64,000 nt of DNA from Coleofasciculus chthonoplastes F2-STO-03 (lineage in GTDB: Bacteria; Cyanobacteriota; Cyanobacteriia; Cyanobacteriales; Coleofasciculaceae), in contig JAVJWO010000178.1 in NCBI GenBank assembly GCA_040222015.1, positions 1 to 64,000 on the forward strand. Reading direction: 5' to 3'. Under the pieces are notes generated by a model. The model saw nothing but the letters and a program-made list of their open reading frames with translations, was not told the origin of the DNA and ran no database searches. Positions 17,410-24,799 of the stretch are shown here, piece by piece. Positions within the stretch are counted from its first letter, which is position 1. Each line of letters begins with the position of its first letter. The position numbers and the translations under genes were made by a program.

Positions 17410-19518
17410 TTAACGCCAATCCTCCCAATCTTGATTAAAAATCGACGTATCCGGAAACGCCGTCGGATTATTATTCCCCTCTAACCGCCGCCGCAACACC
17501 TGCAACTGCGGATCATGGGGCGGAAGTCCATCCACCAATTCAAACGGCGCAATCCCCTTCTCCAACGCAAACGCCGCCGTCGTTCCCGCCCCTGCACCTA
17601 CTGACCATTCAAAGGAATGCACCCGATACGCCGCCGCCGCAATATGACTCGTGGCAATACTTTTCCCCGCCACCAACAGATTATCAATCTTTTGCGGAAT
17701 CATCGCCCGCAGGGGAATTTGAAACGGATAGGCTTGACCCGCCCCTTGACGTTCCCCCTCCCGTTCCGTATTTCCTGGCGCTTCTGGGGGAGAGAAACTC
17801 ATGCAGGGGTGAAAATCGATCGCGTAATGTCCAATTCCCATAGAATCGGGATAAATCGTCGAACGAGTGCGTCGATTTACCTCATCCGGTGATACCTCAC
17901 CCTGAATCACCGAAATCGCTTCTCGTCCTGCTAAAGCTGTCCATAATTGGCGATACATTTTGGGGGATAAAGTTTGACGGTAATAATCCTCCCGGTAATT
18001 GCGGCGAGACATATCAATTTCCCAAATTGTAAACCCCTCTGGATACCCATAAGCAGGGCGTCCAATAATTCGTCGTCCTTCTCGCATATAAGGATACTTG
18101 GATAACCCATGTACCGTTCCCATGGGAGACTTCTTACCCGATAAATAGCGGTAACTAGGATGGGGTTCCTTCACTCCATCACCCAGTTGGGAATCCGTCG
18201 TTCCTGCGACTAACCAATAGAAATACCCCAGGGAGAGTTCCTCCGCCTTGCGTAAACTCTCGGTTCGCAAACCACCCATCCAGCCTCCCGGCGCTAACTG
18301 TCCCGTCGCTTGTAATTGGTCACGGGTATAGACTAAGTTATCCACCTCAGTACCCGGACGATAATCATTCCCCCAAGTCCAGTTTTGCATCGAGATATCC
18401 CCAACGGTGGGCGCGGTAAAGGAAATTCCGCCAAATTTCTCCGGTTCACCTGTTTTAGGACTCCAGATTCGCCGATAGGTAAACACTAAGTCAAAGTCAG
18501 CTAATCGGGGTAATTCATAACTGTAATAAGGTTCATATTGGGGATAAAAGGGCGGCATTTCATGGTCTTGAGATTCCTTGGTGGCTTCCATGGCAAAGGT
18601 GTAGGTAAACCCCTGAGTGCAATAAGGATTCCCGGTGACACTGGAAGATGAGGGTTCCAGATGAGAACGGGGTTCAATTCCTAAGCGGTAAGGGACATCC
18701 GCTAAGCCAATTAGTTCTCCCGTTTCTGTGGCTTCCACAACGTACCAATCTGGGGCATTTCCCGGTGATGGGTTTTGGGGAACGAAACGGATAATCGTTT
18801 TGTCAAAGCGGGGGGAATCTGTGTACTGATACCAATCTTCAATGGTTTGGGAAAGGGGAAACGTATTTAAGGGGAGTGCATCCAAGGCTGGTTGATGTTG
18901 AATTGCGATCGCACTTTGAATCAGATTCCCGGTAGAATTATAGTCGAGTTCCTTAATCACTGTGGAGGGAAACCACTTCAATGTCCCTTCCCCCCGTTTA
19001 GCTGCATCCCGCAACATATCCAAGAGGATAGTATGGGCGTCGCGGGGAATGAAACAGGATTCACTCACCCAACAATCCCCCGGATTCAGTTCCCTATATT
19101 TGCGTCTAATCCGTTCCCGCAATTCCAAATAACCGCGAGAATAGAAAAGGCGCGATCGCTGAGTCGGGCGTTCATCCAGTGCAGAGGTACCCTGGGACGA
19201 AATCTGTCCTCCTACCCAGTCTGTAATCTCCGTCAAGCAAACCGTTCGTCCCGCGAGTAACCCTTCATAGGCTGTCGCCGCACCCGCTAATCCACCGCCA
19301 ACCACCAAGATTTCACAGGTGACAGTATCATCGGGAGTGCCATCGGAAACGCTACGGGATACTGGGACAAAGGATAGTAGCGAAATCACACTAAACGAGA
19401 AGCAAACAAGAGATTTTCCGGCAGATACACGTCGAGAAGGCTTCATAAGAGTTAAAATGCAGTGCGTATCAGATGTTACGACAGATGCCTTGACGTTGCC
19501 ATCACCCGATAAGTTCAT
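17410..19518 (-). CDS. FAD-dependent oxidoreductase, probably exported
   Basis: ILVVGGGLAG, GGQISSQG, YMREGRR, FQIPLRAMIP, NLLVAGK. The start is uncertain (possibly MKPSRR near 19446). Confidence 0.85.
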   Translation of the reverse strand: MNLSGDGNVKASVVTSDTHCILTLMKPSRRVSAGKSLVCFSFSVISLLSFVPVSRSVSDGTPDDTVTCEILVVGGGLAGAATAYEGLLAGRTVCLTEITDWVGGQISSQGTSALDERPTQRSRLFYSRGYLELRERIRRKYRELNPGDCWVSESCFIPRDAHTILLDMLRDAAKRGEGTLKWFPSTVIKELDYNSTGNLIQSAIAIQHQPALDALPLNTFPLSQTIEDWYQYTDSPRFDKTIIRFVPQNPSPGNAPDWYVVEATETGELIGLADVPYRLGIEPRSHLEPSSSSVTGNPYCTQGFTYTFAMEATKESQDHEMPPFYPQYEPYYSYELPRLADFDLVFTYRRIWSPKTGEPEKFGGISFTAPTVGDISMQNWTWGNDYRPGTEVDNLVYTRDQLQATGQLAPGGWMGGLRTESLRKAEELSLGYFYWLVAGTTDSQLGDGVKEPHPSYRYLSGKKSPMGTVHGLSKYPYMREGRRIIGRPAYGYPEGFTIWEIDMSRRNYREDYYRQTLSPKMYRQLWTALAGREAISVIQGEVSPDEVNRRTRSTIYPDSMGIGHYAIDFHPCMSFSPPEAPGNTEREGERQGAGQAYPFQIPLRAMIPQKIDNLLVAGKSIATSHIAAAAYRVHSFEWSVGAGAGTTAAFALEKGIAPFELVDGLPPHDPQLQVLRRRLEGNNNPTAFPDTSIFNQDWEDWR

Positions 19519-19589
19519 CCCCGCGATCGCATCCTTTTGTAGTATACTTGTAGTATATTGGTTTTATTTAGCGCTAGAGGCGCATATTT

Positions 19590-20771
19590 ATGCCTTACGA
19601 ACAACTGAAACTGTCCACAGATAAGCCCGTTTTATCCTGGGCGAATCATGATTTAGGTCATGAAGAAACCCAGATGGCAAAAAACGTGGCATCCTTACCT
19701 TTTGTGTTTAAACATGTGGCGTTGATGCCAGATGTTCACCTAGGCAAAGGGGCATTAGTGGGGTCTGTTCTTGCCACCAAAGACGCCGTAATTCCGGCGG
19801 CGGTGGGAGTTGATATTGGCTGTGGAATGGCAGCGATTAAAACGCCATTTGTGGCAGAACAACTTGAGGGAAAACTCAAGAAAATTCGCTTAGATATTGA
19901 AGCCGCCATTCCTCTGGGATTTAACCAAAATAAAGAGGTAGAAAAAGATGCCAGCAATTGGCAAGGCTGGACTCATTTCAAAGACTTGCATCGCGGTGTG
20001 CAGGATGTGCAAGGAAAAGCGATGAAGCAGTTGGGTTCTCTGGGTGGTGGAAATCACTTTATTGAACTGTGCCTCGATACGGATAATTCCGTATGGTTAA
20101 TGCTTCATTCCGGTTCTCGTAATATCGGCAATCGCTTGGCGCAATGCCACATTAGCACCGCGAAGGAATTAGCGAAACTGGCAGGAAATCGCCTACCTGA
20201 TCCGGATTTAGCCTACTTTATCGCCGGAACTCCAGAATTTGCCGCCTACTGGCGAGATTTACAATGGGCGCAAAATTATGCCCGTTACAATCGCGATGTA
20301 ATGATGGCGCGTTTTAAGCGAATTGTGGAAAAATATTTGGCGGGAGGTAAGCCAATCAAGCCATTGTTAGAGGTGAATTGCCATCACAATTATGCCGAGA
20401 AAGAAGTCCATTTTGGGGAAGATGTATATGTAACGCGCAAGGGTGCAGTACGGGCGCGTGAAGAGGATTACGGGATTATACCCGGTTCAATGGGAGCAAA
20501 GTCGTTTATTGTCAAAGGGAAAGGGAATCATGCAAGTTATTGCAGTTGCTCCCATGGCGCAGGGCGTTTAATGTCTCGGAAAAAGGCAAAGAAACAGTTT
20601 TCCCTGGATGATTTGGTGACACAAACTCAAGGAGTTGAATGTCGCAAGGATGGCGGAGTTTTGGATGAGATTCCCGGCGCTTATAAACCGATTGATGAAG
20701 TGATGAATAATCAAGCAGATTTGGTGGAGGTGGTGGCGACGCTAAAGCAGGTAGTTTGCGTGAAAGGTTGA
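19590..20771 (+). CDS. rtcB: RNA ligase RtcB
   Basis: MPDVHLGKG, VGVDIGCG, GGGNHFIE, HSGSR, HHNY, SHGAGR, DEIPGAYK. Confidence 0.95.
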   Translation: MPYEQLKLSTDKPVLSWANHDLGHEETQMAKNVASLPFVFKHVALMPDVHLGKGALVGSVLATKDAVIPAAVGVDIGCGMAAIKTPFVAEQLEGKLKKIRLDIEAAIPLGFNQNKEVEKDASNWQGWTHFKDLHRGVQDVQGKAMKQLGSLGGGNHFIELCLDTDNSVWLMLHSGSRNIGNRLAQCHISTAKELAKLAGNRLPDPDLAYFIAGTPEFAAYWRDLQWAQNYARYNRDVMMARFKRIVEKYLAGGKPIKPLLEVNCHHNYAEKEVHFGEDVYVTRKGAVRAREEDYGIIPGSMGAKSFIVKGKGNHASYCSCSHGAGRLMSRKKAKKQFSLDDLVTQTQGVECRKDGGVLDEIPGAYKPIDEVMNNQADLVEVVATLKQVVCVKG

Positions 20772-20927
20772 TTTGTAGTTAATTTGTAGGGTGGGCATTG
20801 CCCACCTTATTTGTTGGTATCAAATTCGCTTTTATAAGCTCCCATAAGATTGGGTGACTAGCAGTATAGCTTGGGATAAACTTCCCTAACCTAAAGCTTA
20901 CAGTAGAAATATTTTAAGCAATTTCAG

Positions 20928-21082
20928 CTCACATCTTGCACCATTATAAACAAGCCAAATTGTAGGGTGCGTTACGCTTCGCTAACGCACCGTTGCTCAA
21001 GTCGGGCTTGCTGCACACGCCTGAAACCCTTACAAATAAAGCGTTATGGGATGATTAAAGGTGCATCAGGTGCAAGGTGTTG
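20928..21082. mobile_element. MITE-like element with CTCACATCTTGCACC / GGTGCAAGGTG ends and an internal REP
   Basis: Imperfect terminal inverted repeats enclose a GTAGGGTGCGTTA..TAACGCACC hairpin. Confidence 0.55.
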
Positions 21083-21317
21083 AAACCCATAAGCTGGAAA
21101 TCCTGGTATTTTTCGAGGATGCTTAAGCAGAATCTCCCCCCAACAGGGGGTTGAAACTGTTCCCTGTTCCCTGTTTCCTGTTCCCTCCCCTCACCCCCAA
21201 ACTTATTCAGCAGACCCCAAGTACTTATCTATAATTGAAGTCAGGATTCAGGTAAGAGTGGGGATGACAATTCAGTCTCAAACACTTTAGTTGTTAGCTC
21301 TCGAATAACTGGTAAAT

Positions 21318-22850
21318 GTGTTAGTATAAAAACTATATTAACACGACTCTACTATGATTTTGAGCTACGTTTACAAACTGCGTCCATCTGGCAGCCAGTC
21401 TGCCAAGATGCAGTCTTGGCTCGATATGCTCAGAAGTACCTACAACTGGTGTTTAGCTGACCGAATTGAAACCTATCATCAGCAGTTTATCCAGGGAGCC
21501 TATTGTAGTTTAAAGACTCAAGCCGAAGCTTACCCTTTAACCTGCTGCATCGTTAAAAATGGTGCGACGGGTAATCCCTGGCAAAATAGCGGCAAAAAAC
21601 GCAATGCTGGCACAATTCAGGATGCCGCACTGGTAGACCTTAAAACTGCCCGTCCTTGGTATAAATCAATCGACTCGGACGTATTGCAACGCAATATTGC
21701 TCGGTTAAACACTGCCTATAAAAATTTCTTTGATGGGCGAGGTTTTCCGGCATTTAAAAACCGCAGTAACTTCCGGTCGTTTGAGTATAAGCCGGGTCGG
21801 GTTAAGTTCAAAGGGAGCAAGGTCTATCTGCCTAAAATCGGTTGGATGCGCTTTTTCAATTCCCGCTCCATCCCTGATGGATTTGCTATTAGGAGTGTAA
21901 CGATTCGCCGCAGAACTGATGGATGGTTCATAAGTGTGCGCTTGGAGGACAAGTCAGTCCCAATGGCTACCCCTCGACCAACATCCGAAGTAAAAACGGC
22001 GGTTGGGCTGGACATGGGTTTAACCAAGTTGGTGCATTGCTCCGATGGGAGTGATATTCCCAACCCCAGGTTTGCCACTAACCAGAAGACTAAGCGGACT
22101 CTCTCGATTCGCCAACGGCGTGTCAGCCGGACTAAGAAAGGCTCTGCTAACCGTAAGAAACGAGCTGCTGAGGTAGCCAAGCTACACAGTAAAGTCAGGA
22201 AGCGCAGAAATGCCTACCAGTGGCAGGTTGCCAATAAACTGGTCAAAAAAGCCGATGCCGTTGTAGTAGAAGATCTCAACATTCAAGGAATGGTTAGGCG
22301 GTGTAAACCTAAGCCAGACGAAAAAACCGGACGCTTCTTGGCTAATGGTCAATCAGCTAAACGGGGTTTAAATCGCTCCATCCTAGATGCTTCCTGGGGA
22401 GAGTTGATCAACAAGATTCAGTACACGGCTGCGAAGTCGGGAAAGGTTTTGCTCAAAGTTAACCCACGGAATACATCCAGAGAATGCAGCGCCTGTGGTT
22501 ATATTGATAAAGCAAACCGGGACAGAGAGCGGTTTATCTGTACTGAGTGTGGGCATTTTGATCATGCCGATAAGCAAGCTGCACGAAATATCAAGCGTAA
22601 AGCCGTTGTTGAACACGGCTTAAAGTTAGTAACAAAAAAGGTACCCACGGACTGTGGGAAACCCAAACAGCTAACCCTGTTTGAAACGCCCAGCGTTGAA
22701 TTAACAACGCCTAAAGGGAGAAAACACGACACCCGCAAGGGTAAACGTCGTGTGCCTGGGAACCTAGGAAGACAATTAGAACTGTTTTCTCAGGATATGT
22801 GGAATGTGAGTTCCGCAGAATCCCCCTTTTAGAAAAAGGGGGAGTGTCAA
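21318..22850 (+). mobile_element. IS200/IS605-family element carrying tnpB only (IS1341-like)
   Basis: Candidate left hairpin GTGTTAGTATA-5nt-TATATTAACAC (21318-21344). Right hairpin TCCCCCTTTT-AGA-AAAAGGGGGA (22821-22843) is followed by TCAA (22847-22850). Confidence 0.8.
21354..22832 (+). CDS. tnpB: RNA-guided endonuclease TnpB
   Basis: YKLRP N-terminal motif, RuvC-I GLDMG, RuvC-II VEDL, zinc finger CSACG..CTECG, RuvC-III ADKQAARNI. Confidence 0.95.
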   Translation: MILSYVYKLRPSGSQSAKMQSWLDMLRSTYNWCLADRIETYHQQFIQGAYCSLKTQAEAYPLTCCIVKNGATGNPWQNSGKKRNAGTIQDAALVDLKTARPWYKSIDSDVLQRNIARLNTAYKNFFDGRGFPAFKNRSNFRSFEYKPGRVKFKGSKVYLPKIGWMRFFNSRSIPDGFAIRSVTIRRRTDGWFISVRLEDKSVPMATPRPTSEVKTAVGLDMGLTKLVHCSDGSDIPNPRFATNQKTKRTLSIRQRRVSRTKKGSANRKKRAAEVAKLHSKVRKRRNAYQWQVANKLVKKADAVVVEDLNIQGMVRRCKPKPDEKTGRFLANGQSAKRGLNRSILDASWGELINKIQYTAAKSGKVLLKVNPRNTSRECSACGYIDKANRDRERFICTECGHFDHADKQAARNIKRKAVVEHGLKLVTKKVPTDCGKPKQLTLFETPSVELTTPKGRKHDTRKGKRRVPGNLGRQLELFSQDMWNVSSAESPF

Positions 22851-22958
22851 CCAACGGTATACATTGGATCGTCCAATCCCTAATTCTGCCGCTAATCGAT
22901 ATTGACTAATTTCGTATGTTTCCAGCACCTTTTTCAAGGCTTTGCCTGCTTGTCCCAT
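22851..22958 (-). pseudogene. XRE-family HTH gene truncated by the TnpB element right end
   Basis: MGQAGKALKKVLETYEISQYRLAAELGIGRSNVYRW ends exactly at the element TCAA. It is a paralogue of 23092-23331. Confidence 0.88.
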
Positions 22959-23091
22959 GACTCTGATTGTGGTAAACCCTAACCACTGAGTCAACGACTC
23001 CTTAATAGATTACGCTATGAGCAGCTATTAAGTAGACCATTAAGACGAATGCCACTGACTGGTATGTTGGTGGGCAATGCCCACTACTGGG

Positions 23092-23331
23092 CTACTCCTC
23101 ATCCTCATCTGACTCATCCAAATACAGCCGAATAAACTCTTGTGCCGCCACCGGATCAATCTTCCGCAGTGCCTTCCTGATTTCCAAGACTGCCTCAGCT
23201 GCGGGATCTCTAGTCCCACTAAACCAATAGTGAACCGTTGAGCGACCAATTCCCATTGTCACTGCCAACTGATTTTGGCTGATTTCGTAGGCTTCTAACA
23301 CCTGCCTCAGAGCTTTACCTGCCTTTCCCAT
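23092..23331 (-). CDS. Small XRE-family HTH protein
   Basis: MGKAGKALRQVLEAYEISQNQLAVTMGIGRSTVHYWFSGTRDP. Confidence 0.9.
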   Translation of the reverse strand: MGKAGKALRQVLEAYEISQNQLAVTMGIGRSTVHYWFSGTRDPAAEAVLEIRKALRKIDPVAAQEFIRLYLDESDEDEE

Positions 23332-23367
23332 AGATTCTATGGTGTCAGAGGTTCATAACCAAGTAAA

Positions 23368-23443
23368 TGTTCCTAATTGTGAATTAATTTGCTATGATGT
23401 TTTTGTTCCTAAATTTGAACATTGCTGTCCACTAAGTAGAAAA
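23368..23443. promoter_or_regulatory. Putative operators TGTTC-N8-GAACA around a TATGAT -10 box
   Basis: Perfect site at 23404-23421, degenerate sites at 23368-23385 and 23426-23443, TATGAT at 23393. Confidence 0.55.
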
Positions 23444-23449
23444 ATCTCC

Positions 23450-23701
23450 ATGACCGAAGACTTTATCCGCGATTCCTCTCCAACTCCCAATCCCGCAACC
23501 CCTCTACCATCTACGCCCCCGCCAGACAACCGACATCCTCTGAAAGTGATCATCATCAGTTCACCCCAAGGCGTCACCCGAACCATTCACACCTTCTATC
23601 GCCTCGGCTACGCCCACGTCAGCGAGTGGAGTAAGCCCCAACCCACCCAGAATCCTGGCGAAGTGATGAGTGTTCTCTACCGCCGCCTTCGGATCGATTA
23701 A
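23450..23701 (+). CDS. Small cyanobacterial hypothetical protein
   Basis: SPQGVTRTIHTFYRLGYAHVSEWS..Q....PGEVMSVL motif. ATG 23450 is preferred. Confidence 0.75.
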   Translation: MTEDFIRDSSPTPNPATPLPSTPPPDNRHPLKVIIISSPQGVTRTIHTFYRLGYAHVSEWSKPQPTQNPGEVMSVLYRRLRID

Positions 23702-23781
23702 TGAATAGATCTCACCTCTAACCTCCTTCTCAATTCGGGAAGGGGGAAAAATCAAACCCCATCGAAAACCCAAAAATAGCC

Positions 23782-24153
23782 ATGATGCGAATCCGACACC
23801 GTATTAATCCCCAAACCTTTGTCATCACTCTCAACCAAATCGCCAAATACTTGAACATTGATCCCCAGCGCATCCTCAACTGGGAAAAATGGCACAATGT
23901 TCTTTGGGTACATATCCAAGGACGGGGCGGTTATTTTGTGAGTTATCGCAATCTCGAACAATGGATCGCGGCTTGCCGTACCCTGATCCGCTTCTGTCCC
24001 AACCTAGAAGCCCTAAACCTTCTCTGGTCATTGATTCAGCAAGAAGCCCAACGGTATACAAAACAGGTCTGGGATCGGCTTCAAACTATGTGCCAGCAAC
24101 GCTACGCCGAGTTATCTAGACGTTCAATGGTGATATCATTGCCGTTTAAGTGA
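23782..24153 (+). CDS. Hypothetical protein
   Basis: 123-aa ORF (QIAKYLNIDPQRI..W..VLWVHIQGRGGYFVSYR). Confidence 0.7.
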   Translation: MMRIRHRINPQTFVITLNQIAKYLNIDPQRILNWEKWHNVLWVHIQGRGGYFVSYRNLEQWIAACRTLIRFCPNLEALNLLWSLIQQEAQRYTKQVWDRLQTMCQQRYAELSRRSMVISLPFK

Positions 24154-24799
24154 TTGTCAAAATAGCCTCAAACCCTTGTCCTGTCGCTTTGCCAGAATGA
24201 ACCTATAAACGACATGAATAGGATAGGGGCATTCCGAAAACAGAAATTAGGGATTGAATAGCAAGACTTCATCACCCCTAAGCCGTATAATTGAGGTAAT
24301 CGGATAAATTTTTCTTAAGTCTTGAATGCAGCCGTCTTGCCGTTTATCTTAATCAAACTTAGGATTTATGCCCAGTTTAAGTTAGGGTAAGTTAGGCGGT
24401 TTTCTTTATAAAAATCACATCGTCATTGTGATGTAAATCAATTGACCCAGTGATTGAACATACAAAGAAATACTGAATTATTCATAACAATAGAAAATAA
24501 GCAAATGGTGGGCTAAGTCAAAATAAGGAGCGATCGCCGAGCCAATAACCAAACAACGGCGATGTTCCAGGTCAGTGACAGCGAGGAACTAGACAGAACG
24601 TTTCCCCGTCAGGACTCAGACATTTAGAGACTCTAGATCTGACCCAACCGACTTATTGCCCAAAAATCTTCTGGCTAAGGCTGGATGTAAGGGCTGCATC
24701 TATCGTAGAGCATCAAACAAGTGCGATTATTCACATCGATATCAATATCGATCGCGATCGCGCTCCGTGAAAGCATCTATGATAAAAGGATTTTAGTGC

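Noticed and set aside
20770..21320. CRISPR array
   Set aside because: There is only one repeat-like unit, no repeat-spacer periodicity and no cas genes; the rest is REP/MITE/heptamer DNA.
22776..22994. 72-aa ORF as an intact HTH gene
   Set aside because: After W36 it reads into the TnpB element end, so it is a chimeric pseudogene frame.
23200..23245. Intact HTH paralogue as a target of the TnpB guide
   Set aside because: The equivalent site matches only CCAA plus scattered bases.
24500..24790. c-di-GMP riboswitch in the GGDEF-EAL leader
   Set aside because: No recognisable GEMM core was seen.
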